Below are positions 1-9,193 of a stretch of 64,000 bases of DNA, in pieces; position 1 is the first letter of the stretch, and every line of letters starts with the position of its first letter. Both the position numbers and the translations under genes were made by a program. The DNA comes from Wenzhouxiangella sp. (lineage in GTDB: Bacteria > Pseudomonadota > Gammaproteobacteria > Xanthomonadales > Wenzhouxiangellaceae). The notes beneath the pieces were generated by a model. The model ran no database searches and had not been told where the DNA came from. It saw only the letters and a program-made list of their open reading frames with translations. Location of the stretch: the NCBI GenBank assembly GCA_036353315.1, contig JAZBOC010000107.1:6236-70235 (forward strand), in the 5' to 3' direction.

Positions 1-1101
1 AGCCACTCGATTGCCACCAGCCAAGCCCCAGTAGCTCTTCTCGTCGGGGGTCACGTGAATCTTGTACTGACGATCCCAGGTGCCGTCGCGCCTGAGCAGA
101 TAGCAAACGTTGCGCAGTTCCTCGCCGTCGTACTCGGGCATGGAACCGGCGACGATATTGATGTTGTACGAGACCGCGTAGCGCAGCATCTGGTCTCGAA
201 TCTGCTCGGTGTATCCGGCCAGCTGGCGCACTGCTTCAGCTGGGCCCTGATCATTCCAGGGTGCCATCATCGGACCGTTGAAGAACTCCGGGAACAGCAC
301 CACGTCAGCCTGGTAGCCGGACACCGCATCAACGAAGTACTCGATTTGGGCGTACAGGTCGTCAAGCGACGCGGTCGGCCGCATCTGCCACTGAACGGCT
401 CCGATGCGCACGTCCGACGGTCGTCCGCCGATGGCGCCGGGCGTGTCTTCCTCGTAGTAGACGTTGACCCATTCCAGTAGCACGGCGTGTCCGGCCGAAG
501 CCTGATCGTCGGGCAGGTAGCCGCGGACAATCTTGCGGACCTGAAACTCGTTGGCCAGCTGAAAGGTCAGGATGGGGTCAGTCAGTTCTCGCGAGCGTAC
601 CTTGGCCACGTATTGGCGCGGCGTGAGTTCGGCTTTGTGATCGTGATAACCGGGGATGCGCCCACCGACCACGATGCCACGCAGATTCAGGTTCTCGCAT
701 AACTCCTTGCGCGCATCGTACAGTCGCCGACCCAGGCGCAGGTCTCGATAGTCGGGGTCGACGAACACGTCCACACCGTACAGCACATCGCCCTTGGGGT
801 CGTGAGTGGTCAGGTAGCCATTACCGACAATGTCCCAGTACTTGTGGTCGTGGCCCCAGCGGCTGTATTTGACGATCATGGAAATGGCGGCAGCAGCAAC
901 TCGACCGTTATCCTCAATGCAGAGTTGGCCCTCGGGAAATCGCTGGATCTGCGATTCAAACTGAGCCCGGGTCCAGGCACCTTCCAACCCACCGGGATAG
1001 ACCTTGTCCATGATCTGGGCGATATCTTCGTAATCGTCGAGGCGCGTCTGGCGGAGCACCAGGTGGTGTTGGTCTGAAGAAAAATCGGCAGTCTCAGTCA
1101 T
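1..1101 (-). CDS. bifunctional GNAT N-acetyltransferase / carbon-nitrogen hydrolase (nitrilase superfamily) protein; C-terminus lies beyond coordinate 1
   Basis: Open at the window edge, so absent from the ORF track. My minus-strand translation from ATG 1101..1099 reads MTETADFSSDQHHLVLRQTRLDDYEDIAQIM...VFVDPDYRDLRLGRRLYDARKELC (GNAT-like), then VRIGAVQWQMRP...ADVVLFPEFFNGP...NIVAGSMPE (CN-hydrolase-like). Confidence 0.75.
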   Translation of the reverse strand, partial: MTETADFSSDQHHLVLRQTRLDDYEDIAQIMDKVYPGGLEGAWTRAQFESQIQRFPEGQLCIEDNGRVAAAAISMIVKYSRWGHDHKYWDIVGNGYLTTHDPKGDVLYGVDVFVDPDYRDLRLGRRLYDARKELCENLNLRGIVVGGRIPGYHDHKAELTPRQYVAKVRSRELTDPILTFQLANEFQVRKIVRGYLPDDQASAGHAVLLEWVNVYYEEDTPGAIGGRPSDVRIGAVQWQMRPTASLDDLYAQIEYFVDAVSGYQADVVLFPEFFNGPMMAPWNDQGPAEAVRQLAGYTEQIRDQMLRYAVSYNINIVAGSMPEYDGEELRNVCYLLRRDGTWDRQYKIHVTPDEKSYWGLAGGNRVA

Positions 1102-1198
1102 GATTCCATGGGGCTGGCGGTAAGGGCCGCTGAGGATAACGCAGGCGGCTGCCCCTCATGGCCAAATCGCGGTTTATTACCACCGTATAATCAGCCGA

Positions 1199-2572
1199 AT
1201 GCCGATCACAGCGCCCGGCCCGGAAACCCCGGTCTATTCCCCCTCGGAAATCAATCGCGAGGTCCGCACTCACCTGGAAGCGGGCTTTCCGCGCCTGTGG
1301 TTGCGGGGCGAGATTTCCAATTTTTCCCGTCCCGCCTCCGGCCATCTGTACTTCAGCCTCAAGGATTCCAGAGCGCAAATTCGCTGCGCCCTGTTTCGAA
1401 GCCATGCAAGCGGAATCGGTTTCCGACCCGCCAACGGCGACGAGGTGCTGGTGCGTGGACGGCTGGGCCTGTATGAGCCGCGTGGCGACTACCAGCTCAT
1501 CGCCGACGGTCTGCTGGCCGCTGGAGCCGGCGTTTTGCAACAGGCATTCGAGGCGCTGAAGAAAAAGCTCGAAGCCGAAGGTCTCTTCGCGTCGGAACGC
1601 AAACGCGCGCTTCCGGCGTGGCCCCGCCAGATCGGCGTGGTCACGAGTCCATCCGGCGCCGCCGTACGCGATGTTCTCAACGTGCTGGCGCGGCGCTGGC
1701 CGCTCGCCCCTGTGCGCATCTATGCAAGCCCGGTCCAGGGCGACGCAGCGGCACCCGGACTGCAGCGCGCGCTTCTTGCCGCCGAGCGGGACGGCTTGGC
1801 CGATGTCATCCTCCTGGTCCGCGGTGGCGGCTCAATCGAGGACTTGTGGGCATTCAACGACGAAGCCCTGGCCCGAACCCTCGCAAGTCTATCGATTCCT
1901 GTCGTCAGCGGCGTCGGTCATGAAACCGACTTCACGATTGCCGATTTTGTCGCCGATACACGCGCGCCGACGCCCACGGCGGCTGCGGTTGCAGCGACCC
2001 CGGATGGATTCGACCTGGCCAAAGGGTTGCAGGGGCTTGGCCGCCGGCTTTCGAGCGCCATCGAGCGCCGGATTGACCGGACGGCCCAGGGACTGGATCA
2101 TCTCGATCGGCGCCGCCTAGGACGTCACCCGCGGCGGCAGCTTGAGGAACTGTCTTACCGATGTGGCCAGGCTGGCATTGCCCTCCGACGGGGCATTCTG
2201 CGCGTCGTCAGCCTGCACCAGGCTCGACTCAACGCGGCTGAACTCCGGCTCACCGCCGCCGCGCCAGCGCGCACCGTTCAGCGCCTGAACCAACGGCGAG
2301 AGGAACTTCGCCGTCGACTGGAGCGCGCCATGTGGCTGCAACTTGAGCGGGCCCAGGCCAGCCTGGGCTCAAACGCGCGCGCGCTCGGCTCCGCCAGCCC
2401 TCTCAACATCCTTGATCGAGGTTACGCCATCGTGCGCGACGCCGACGGCACGGCCCTGAGCCGGGCCGACCAGTTCCAAGCCGGTCAGCGGGTGGACCTT
2501 GTGTTCAGGGATTTCGAAATCCGGGCCCGGGTTCTGGACGCGATCAAGAACCCGGACTCCTCCAGCGGCTAA
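1199..2572 (+). CDS. xseA: exodeoxyribonuclease VII large subunit
   Basis: 457-aa ORF. N-terminal OB-fold region SPSEINREVRTHLEAGFPRLWLRGEISNFSRPASGHLYFSLKD and core GVVTSPSGAAVRDV...RGGGSIEDLWAFN are typical XseA. Confidence 0.95.
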   Translation: MPITAPGPETPVYSPSEINREVRTHLEAGFPRLWLRGEISNFSRPASGHLYFSLKDSRAQIRCALFRSHASGIGFRPANGDEVLVRGRLGLYEPRGDYQLIADGLLAAGAGVLQQAFEALKKKLEAEGLFASERKRALPAWPRQIGVVTSPSGAAVRDVLNVLARRWPLAPVRIYASPVQGDAAAPGLQRALLAAERDGLADVILLVRGGGSIEDLWAFNDEALARTLASLSIPVVSGVGHETDFTIADFVADTRAPTPTAAAVAATPDGFDLAKGLQGLGRRLSSAIERRIDRTAQGLDHLDRRRLGRHPRRQLEELSYRCGQAGIALRRGILRVVSLHQARLNAAELRLTAAAPARTVQRLNQRREELRRRLERAMWLQLERAQASLGSNARALGSASPLNILDRGYAIVRDADGTALSRADQFQAGQRVDLVFRDFEIRARVLDAIKNPDSSSG

Positions 2573-3513
2573 AGCAATCCGATCTCGCGCAGGCGCTCAA
2601 CCAAATAGCCGTGCGAGGTGATCGGCTCGGGATAGCGGTTCGGATTATCAGCGCTGACGCACTGCGGCAGGGTCTCGATCACGAAATCCGGATTGGGATG
2701 GAGAAAAAACGGGATCGAGTAGCGCGACTGGCGGGCGGCGGCACCCGGCGGGTTGACGACCTGGTGGGTTGTCGATGGGTAGACGTGGTTGGTCAGGCGC
2801 TGCAGCATGTCGCCGACGTTGACCACGATGCTTCCCGGCAAGGTCGATACAGGGACCCACTGTTCATCCCGGGTCAGGATTTCCAGACCCTGTTCCTTTG
2901 ATCCGATCAGCAGCGTGATCAGGTTGATGTCCTCGTGGCGTGCGGCGCGCACCGCCCCTTCGGGCGCATCGGCAATCGGCGGGTAGTGAATCGCACGCAG
3001 GATGGAATTGCCCCGGTCCACCTTGTCGGAGAACCAGTCCCGCTCCAGCCCCAGATCCAGTGCAATGGCCTGAAGCAGACGCGCGCCCAAATCGTCCAAG
3101 GCCCGGTAAAGATCAAGTGCGGCCGAGCGAAATCCCGGCAGCTCCTCCGGCCACAGGTTGGCAAGCAGAATCTCCGGATGGGGATTTGCACCCTCGATCT
3201 CACGACCGACATGCCAGAACTCCTTGAGATCCGGCACACCGTGATCCTTGGCCTGCTCAACGCCAAAGCCCGTGTAGCCCCGCGCCCCGCCGCCGCCCGA
3301 CAGGCGAAAGCGCTGCTTGATCTGCTCGGGCAGCGCAAAAAAGGCGTGAAAAGCGGCATACGCCGACTCGATCAGCGTATCGTCGATCCCATGGTCGCGA
3401 ACAGCCACGAACCCGTATTCGCGCCAGCCCCGCCCTATGCGGTCGGTGAAAGCGCTCCGCCGGCCGTCGAAGTCGACCATGGACAGAACCGGGATACCCG
3501 AAGCTCCACTCAT
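2569..3513 (-). CDS. 2-oxoglutarate/Fe(II)-dependent oxygenase (isopenicillin-N-synthase-like family)
   Basis: 314 aa. ARHEDINLITLL (HxD), STTHQVVNP (distal His) and RYSIPFFLHP (RxS) fit the 2OG oxygenase facial triad and 2OG-binding motif. Its stop overlaps the convergent xseA stop. Confidence 0.85.
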   Translation of the reverse strand: MSGASGIPVLSMVDFDGRRSAFTDRIGRGWREYGFVAVRDHGIDDTLIESAYAAFHAFFALPEQIKQRFRLSGGGGARGYTGFGVEQAKDHGVPDLKEFWHVGREIEGANPHPEILLANLWPEELPGFRSAALDLYRALDDLGARLLQAIALDLGLERDWFSDKVDRGNSILRAIHYPPIADAPEGAVRAARHEDINLITLLIGSKEQGLEILTRDEQWVPVSTLPGSIVVNVGDMLQRLTNHVYPSTTHQVVNPPGAAARQSRYSIPFFLHPNPDFVIETLPQCVSADNPNRYPEPITSHGYLVERLREIGLL

Positions 3514-4856
3514 GAAGTAACTGCTCCTGAAACAAGCTCGGCCAGATGCTCGGCCAAAGTCTGGACGGTTTCGCGTTCGCGCCCCTCCACGGTGACGCGG
3601 ACCACCGGCTCAGTGCCCGAAGGACGAAGAATGACCCGGCCTTGGCCGGCCAGCTTATTTTCCGCTTCGCGGACGGCTGCCGCCAGTGCCTCGTCGGTCT
3701 CGACCAGGCGCCGGGCGTCTCCGCTCACCGGAACGTTGATCATCACCTGAGGATACTTGACCATTCCCGTCACCAACGCCGCCAGCGATTGGCGCCCACC
3801 GGCCACCACTTCAACGACCTGCAGCGCGCTGACGATACCGCAGCCGGTCGAGGCGCGGTCCAGGCACAGAATGTGGCCGGAGGTCTCACCGCCAAGCACC
3901 CAGCCATGCCGGCACAGCAGGTCGTGCACGTGCCGGTCGCCGACCTTGCTGCGCACGAAGGGAACCTCCAGGCGAGCAAAGGCCTCTTCCAGGCCGAAGT
4001 TGCTCATTACCGTTCCCACCACGCCACCCAACGACTGGCCGGCTGCGCGGCGCGCAGAGCCCAGAAGATAAAGGATCTGGTCACCGTCAACCAGCTCACC
4101 GGCGTGATCGATCATGACCACGCGATCACCGTCTCCGTCAAACGCGATTCCGAGATCGGCGCTCTCTCTGATCACTTTCGCCGCCAGACTTGACGGATCC
4201 GTCGACCCGCAGGCCTCGTTGATATTGAGCCCATCGGGTCTGTGGTGAATACTGATGACCTCAGCGCCCAGCTCGCGAAAAACCTCCGGCGCAATCCGGT
4301 ACGTCGCGCCGTTGGCGCAGTCCAGCACGATCTTGAGCCCGTCAAAGCGGGTACCCCAGGTCACCGTACCCTTGCAGTATTCAATGTAGCGACCCACTGC
4401 ATCGTCGATCCGCGCTGCTCGCCCCAGACGGTGGGGCGCGACGTGCGCCATGGGTTGGTCCAGCGCATCCTCGATCTCCCTCTGGATACGGTCGTCGAGC
4501 TTCAGCCCCTCGCCGGAGAAAAACTTGATGCCATTGTCCTCGTAGGAGTTGTGCGAAGCCGAAATGACAATACCGGCGGCCGCGCCCATACTGCGGGTCA
4601 GATGGGCGATGGCCGGCGTCGGCATAGGCCCGAGCAGCAGCACATCGACGCCGGCCGCCGACAGACCGGCCTCCAGTGCGGATTCAAAAAGGTAGCCGGA
4701 AACCCGCGTATCCTTGCCGATGACAACGGCGCAGCGCTCCTGGTTGCGCGCGGCCAGCACGCTCCCCGCTGCCCAGCCCAGCTTGAGGATAAACTCCGCC
4801 GTGATCGGTGGCTCACCAACTCGACCGCGAATTCCGTCCGTTCCGAAATGCTTCAT
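3510..4856 (-). CDS. glmM: phosphoglucosamine mutase
   Basis: 448 aa. MKHFGTDGIRGRVGE N-terminus and phosphoserine loop ISASHNSYEDNGIKFF. 4-nt overlap with folP upstream, the classic folP-glmM order. Confidence 0.95.
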   Translation of the reverse strand: MKHFGTDGIRGRVGEPPITAEFILKLGWAAGSVLAARNQERCAVVIGKDTRVSGYLFESALEAGLSAAGVDVLLLGPMPTPAIAHLTRSMGAAAGIVISASHNSYEDNGIKFFSGEGLKLDDRIQREIEDALDQPMAHVAPHRLGRAARIDDAVGRYIEYCKGTVTWGTRFDGLKIVLDCANGATYRIAPEVFRELGAEVISIHHRPDGLNINEACGSTDPSSLAAKVIRESADLGIAFDGDGDRVVMIDHAGELVDGDQILYLLGSARRAAGQSLGGVVGTVMSNFGLEEAFARLEVPFVRSKVGDRHVHDLLCRHGWVLGGETSGHILCLDRASTGCGIVSALQVVEVVAGGRQSLAALVTGMVKYPQVMINVPVSGDARRLVETDEALAAAVREAENKLAGQGRVILRPSGTEPVVRVTVEGRERETVQTLAEHLAELVSGAVTS

Positions 4857-5725
4857 GACTCGCTCCCGTTTTCGGCATCGGCTTGCGCCAGTGCCAGCCA
4901 GATCTTGAGGCCGTCAACCGTTGCGGCCACATCGTGAACCCGCACCAAAGCAGCACCGCGCTGCGCAGCAAGCACGGCCGCAGTCACGGAGGCCGCGAGG
5001 CGCTCATCGGGCCGCTCGCGCCCGGTCAGCCGGCCAAGCATGGATTTGCGCGACAGCCCGGCCAGAACCGGGTAGCCGAGGCTGTTGAGCTCCCGAAACC
5101 GCGCCAGCAGAGTCAGGTTATGGGCCAGGGTCTTGCCGAAGCCAAAGCCCGGATCGAGCACCAGATGCTCCCGGGCAATCCCAGCCGCCAGGCAAGCCTG
5201 CACCCGGTCGCTGAAAAAAGCCAGCACATCGGCTACAACGTCGCCATAGTCAGGCTTGTCCTGCATGGTCAGAGGATCGCCCTGCATGTGCATGATGCAC
5301 ACTGGAACGGCCAGCTCGGCGGCCGTCTGCAACGCACCAGGCGCACGCAGGGCATTGACGTCATTGATCATGTCGGCGCCGGCGGCTACCGCAGCGCGCA
5401 TCACTGCCGGCTTGGTGCTGTCGATGGAAATCGGCGCATCGCTGCGCTGGCGCAAGCGCTCGATAACCGGCAGCACGCGCGCCAGCTCCGCGGCCTCTGA
5501 GACCGGTTCTGCACCGGGCCGGGTCGACTCGCCGCCGACATCGAGCAGGTCAGCACCCTGATCAAGGAGCGCCAGCGCGTGCTCGACTGCCTGCTCTGGG
5601 CCATCGAAGCGCCCACCGTCGGAGAAAGAATCCGGTGTAACGTTGACCACGCCCATGACCAGAGGCTGCTCGATGCGATGCGCGCGGCCAATGCGCTCTG
5701 CAAGAGGTTCACCCATGCCTGCCAT
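4853..5725 (-). CDS. folP: dihydropteroate synthase
   Basis: 290 aa. VMGVVNVTPDSFSDGG and DVGGESTRPGA pterin-binding signatures. Located between ftsH and glmM. Confidence 0.95.
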   Translation of the reverse strand: MAGMGEPLAERIGRAHRIEQPLVMGVVNVTPDSFSDGGRFDGPEQAVEHALALLDQGADLLDVGGESTRPGAEPVSEAAELARVLPVIERLRQRSDAPISIDSTKPAVMRAAVAAGADMINDVNALRAPGALQTAAELAVPVCIMHMQGDPLTMQDKPDYGDVVADVLAFFSDRVQACLAAGIAREHLVLDPGFGFGKTLAHNLTLLARFRELNSLGYPVLAGLSRKSMLGRLTGRERPDERLAASVTAAVLAAQRGAALVRVHDVAATVDGLKIWLALAQADAENGSES

Positions 5726-5755
5726 TTTATCCGCTCACCGCAAAGCCTGCCGGTC

Positions 5756-5791
5756 AAAAGAAACGCCGGCAGCAGGGCCGGCGTCTTTTTG
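5756..5791 (-). terminator. hairpin with flanking A/T runs between ftsH and folP (possible attenuating terminator)
   Basis: Stem ACGCCGGC (5763..5770) pairs with GCCGGCGT (5777..5784), 6-nt loop. A-rich run 5756..5762 and T-rich run 5785..5790 give a U-tract in either direction. Confidence 0.45.
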
Positions 5792-5811
5792 AACCGAAAG
5801 GCGAAGCAGAC

Positions 5812-7725
5812 TCAGCCCGGCGCAGGCTGTCCGCTAGGCTCGTCACCACCATCATCGCTGGGCGAGGATGGCGGAGGCGGGGTGTCGTTCCAACCTTCGG
5901 GAGGATCGGGTTCGTGACCTTCCATGATCTGACTGATCTGCTTGGCGTCAATGGTTTCATAACGCATCAGGGCCTCGGCCATCAGTTCCAGCTTGTCGCG
6001 ATTGCTGTCCAGGATTCGACGGGCCGTCCCGTAGGCATCATCAATGATGCTGCGGACTTCCTTGTCCAGCTGGCGATGGGTCTCGTCAGAAATGTGCTTG
6101 TGCTGGGTGACCGAACGTCCAAGGAAAACCTCGTCCTCATTCTCCCCGTAGGCAAGCGGACCCATGGAATCAGACAAGCCCCACTTGGTCACCATGTTGC
6201 GAGCAATCGCCGAGGCCCGCTCAATGTCGTTGGAGGCCCCAGTGGTGACGTTGTCCTTGCCGTAGATCAGTTCCTCAGCGACCCGACCGCCGAACAGGCT
6301 CGCCAGCTGCGAGCGAAGCTGCTGACGGGTCATGGAGTACTTGTCTTCCTCGGGCAGGAACATGGTCACACCCAGGGCGCGACCGCGAGGAATGATCGTG
6401 ACCTTGTAGACCGGGTCATGCTCGGGCACGATCCGTCCAACAATCGCATGGCCCGCTTCGTGATAGGCGGTCAGGCGCTTGTCGTCTTCCGACATGACCA
6501 TGGACTTGCGTTCGGCGCCCATCATGATCTTGTCCTTGGCCAGCTCAAAGTGCGACTGGCGGACCGTGCGCGAATCCTGGCGAGCGGCGAACAGCGCGGC
6601 CTCATTGACCAGGTTAGCCAGGTCAGCGCCCGAAAATCCGGGCGTGCCGCGCGCAATCACGCGCGGATCGGCATCGTCACCAGCTGGGACCTTGCGCATG
6701 TGAACCTTCAGGATCTGCTCCCGGCCTTTAAGGTCGGGCAGCGGCACCACGACCTGGCGGTCGAAACGTCCCGGGCGGAGCAATGCCTGGTCGAGCACGT
6801 CCGGCCGGTTGGTCGCAGCAATCAGGATGATGCCTTCATTACCTTCAAAGCCATCCATCTCGACCAGCAGCTGGTTGAGCGTCTGTTCGCGCTCATCGTG
6901 GCCGCCGCCGAGGCCGGCGCCGCGTTGGCGCCCGACCGCGTCAATCTCGTCGATGAAGATAATGCAGGGCGCGTGCTTTTTGGCGGTTTCGAACATGTCA
7001 CGAACGCGCGAGGCGCCAACACCGACGAACATTTCGACAAAGTCTGAGCCGGAAATCGAAAAGAATGGCACCTTCGCTTCACCGGCGATCGCTCGCGCGA
7101 GGAGCGTCTTGCCGGTCCCGGGCGGCCCGACCATCAAAATTCCCTTTGGGATGTGCCCGCCGAGGCGCTGAAACTTGGCTGGCGAGCGGAGGAAATCGAC
7201 GAGCTCGGACACTTCGTCCTTGGCCTCTTCGCAGCCGGCGACGTCCTGAAAGGTCACCTTGACCTGATCTTCGCCCTGCAGCTTGGCGCGCGACTTGCCG
7301 AAACTCATGGCGCCGCCACGGCCACCCATGCCGCCCTGCATCTGGCGCATGAAATAGACCCAAAGCCCCACCAGCACGAGGACCGGGAGCAGGCTGATCA
7401 AGATGTCCACGACAACCGAGCGCCCCTCGGGCTTGCGGGCCTCGATGTCAACCCGATTGTCGAGCAGATCCTTGATCAGGCCGTCGTCCTGCGGCGCGAG
7501 CACTTGAAAGTTCCGGCCGTCCCGAGTCGCACCGGTAATCGTCTTGGTCCCGGCGCTTTCCTGAATCTCAACCCGGTCAATCGCGCCGCTGCGAACCTCT
7601 TCGAGGAACATCGAATAGGTCATTTCGTTCGGCTGTTCCTGCGGCTGCGAGTAGTAATTGAACACGCTCATCAGGACCATCGCGATCACGATCCACATCA
7701 GCAGGTTCTTGGCAAAATCACTCAA
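5812..7725 (-). CDS. ftsH: ATP-dependent zinc metalloprotease FtsH
   Basis: Walker A GPPGTGKT, Walker [10 protein letters not shown], Zn site HEAGHAIV. The ORF-track start (7776) adds 17 residues. TTG at 7725 lies 7 nt after GGAGA and gives [22 protein letters not shown], matching FtsH N-termini. Confidence 0.95.
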   Translation of the reverse strand: MSDFAKNLLMWIVIAMVLMSVFNYYSQPQEQPNEMTYSMFLEEVRSGAIDRVEIQESAGTKTITGATRDGRNFQVLAPQDDGLIKDLLDNRVDIEARKPEGRSVVVDILISLLPVLVLVGLWVYFMRQMQGGMGGRGGAMSFGKSRAKLQGEDQVKVTFQDVAGCEEAKDEVSELVDFLRSPAKFQRLGGHIPKGILMVGPPGTGKTLLARAIAGEAKVPFFSISGSDFVEMFVGVGASRVRDMFETAKKHAPCIIFIDEIDAVGRQRGAGLGGGHDEREQTLNQLLVEMDGFEGNEGIILIAATNRPDVLDQALLRPGRFDRQVVVPLPDLKGREQILKVHMRKVPAGDDADPRVIARGTPGFSGADLANLVNEAALFAARQDSRTVRQSHFELAKDKIMMGAERKSMVMSEDDKRLTAYHEAGHAIVGRIVPEHDPVYKVTIIPRGRALGVTMFLPEEDKYSMTRQQLRSQLASLFGGRVAEELIYGKDNVTTGASNDIERASAIARNMVTKWGLSDSMGPLAYGENEDEVFLGRSVTQHKHISDETHRQLDKEVRSIIDDAYGTARRILDSNRDKLELMAEALMRYETIDAKQISQIMEGHEPDPPEGWNDTPPPPSSPSDDGGDEPSGQPAPG

Positions 7726-7797
7726 CGGCTTTCTCCGGTTACGATCAGATTCTAGGTGACACACATTGTACGGCAAGGGCGTGACGGGTCGAGGCGA

Positions 7798-8406
7798 TCA
7801 GGAGAGCCCCGTCCCGACCAGGTAAACTTCCCGGCTTTCGGCTCTCGAAGCGGCAGGCTTGCGCACCTTGACGCTTCGAAAGGATCGACGGAAGTCGGTG
7901 AGCAGCCCGTCAAAGCCCGCGCCCTGAAACACTTTGACCACGCATCGGCCGGAAGAATCCAGCCAATCACGAGCGAAAGCGAGCGCCAGTTCGGCCAGTG
8001 CGATGCTCCGCGCCTGATCCGCCGGGCCGATGCCAGAGAGATTGGGGGCCATGTCGGAGAGGACAAGGTCGACCTTGCGGTCGGCGAGCCTTTCCTCCAG
8101 ATCCGCCAGCACCGCGTCGTCCCGAAAATCACCCTGCAGAAAGGTCACGCCGGGCAGCGGATCCATCGTCAAGACATCCAGCGCCATAATGCAGGCTTGG
8201 CCGCCAAGCTTCCGACTGGCCACCTGCGACCAACTTCCTGGAGCCGCGCCCAGATCAACAACGACCCGCGCGCCGCGCAACAGGCTGTCTTTCTGGTCAA
8301 GCTCCAGCAGCTTGTAGGCAGCCCGTGCGCGATAACCTTCATCCCGTGCCCGGCGCACGTAGGGGTCGTTCTGCTGCCGATTCTTCCAGGCTTTGCTCAA
8401 AGACAT
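7798..8406 (-). CDS. rlmE: 23S rRNA (uridine2552-2'-O)-methyltransferase RlmE/FtsJ
   Basis: 202 aa. YRARAAYKLLELDQKD, SAM-binding VVDLGAAPGSWSQV and VLSDMAPN. Directly upstream of ftsH, as in E. coli. Confidence 0.95.
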   Translation of the reverse strand: MSLSKAWKNRQQNDPYVRRARDEGYRARAAYKLLELDQKDSLLRGARVVVDLGAAPGSWSQVASRKLGGQACIMALDVLTMDPLPGVTFLQGDFRDDAVLADLEERLADRKVDLVLSDMAPNLSGIGPADQARSIALAELALAFARDWLDSSGRCVVKVFQGAGFDGLLTDFRRSFRSVKVRKPAASRAESREVYLVGTGLS

Positions 8407-8466
8407 GGCTCCTCTTTCAGAATCCTAAAATCGTTACACTAACGCCAGATTATCACTGGACAGCCC

Positions 8467-8760
8467 ATGCCTTTAAGTAATACCCAGCGCAAGTACCTGC
8501 GCGGTCTGACGCATGACCTTGACCCGGTGGTCATGGTGGCCGACAAGGGTCTGAGCGACAATGTTCGCGCCGAGATTGAGCAGGCACTGGAACACCACGA
8601 GCTGATCAAGGTCAAGCTACGGGCAGAGCGCGACCAGCGCAGGACGTGGATAAAGGACATCGCGAACCAGACCGGCGCCGAAATGGTTCACCAGATTGGC
8701 CAGGTCGCCTGCTACTATCGCCGCCATCCCAAAAAACCTGTCATCGCCCTGCCCCGCTGA
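8467..8760 (+). CDS. yhbY: ribosome assembly RNA-binding protein YhbY (CRM domain)
   Basis: 97 aa. LSNTQRKYLRGLTHDLDPVVMVADKGLSDNV...ELIKVKL. Divergent from rlmE, the conserved arrangement. Confidence 0.9.
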   Translation: MPLSNTQRKYLRGLTHDLDPVVMVADKGLSDNVRAEIEQALEHHELIKVKLRAERDQRRTWIKDIANQTGAEMVHQIGQVACYYRRHPKKPVIALPR

Positions 8761-8778
8761 GGCACCCCGAACCTGTCC

Positions 8779-9156
8779 ATGCTGAACCTGACCGAGCACC
8801 AGCCCGGCAACCACCATTTCGTTCGCCAAGTCGACAGCGACGGCGTGACCATCAACGACCGCCGTTTCTCGGCCAGCGTGATCGTCGGCGCTCGTGTGCT
8901 GCAAGAGTCATGGCCGGTCCATGTGCTGGCCGATCTTGATGAGGTCAGTGTCGAGCCGCTGGTTAAACTCGGGCCCGAGCTGGTCGTGATCGGCGTGGGC
9001 TCTCGACCCCAGTTTCCCGACGCCCGCATTCAGCACCTGTTTTTCCGACACGGCATCGGCCTGGAGTGCATGACCCTGGCCGCCGCGGCCCGCACGTTCA
9101 ATATTTTGATGAGCGAGGATCGCCGGGCACTGGCCGGGCTGATTCTCCCCAAATGA
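8779..9156 (+). CDS. Mth938-like (DUF498/NDUFAF3-like) domain protein
   Basis: 125 aa. PELVVIGVGSRPQFPDARIQHLFFRHGIGLECMTLAAAARTFNILMSEDRRALAGLI matches my recollection of the Mth938-like family pattern. Confidence 0.7.
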   Translation: MLNLTEHQPGNHHFVRQVDSDGVTINDRRFSASVIVGARVLQESWPVHVLADLDEVSVEPLVKLGPELVVIGVGSRPQFPDARIQHLFFRHGIGLECMTLAAAARTFNILMSEDRRALAGLILPK

Positions 9157-9193
9157 CCGACCCTACCGACTGTTTGCCAGGAGACTTCCGGAC

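Noticed and set aside
5914-7047. 377-aa plus-strand ORF
   Set aside because: Lies entirely antisense to ftsH, whose translation carries unmistakable AAA+/HEAGH motifs. The product is low-complexity and Arg/Gly/Val/Asp-rich, typical of antisense frames in high-GC DNA.
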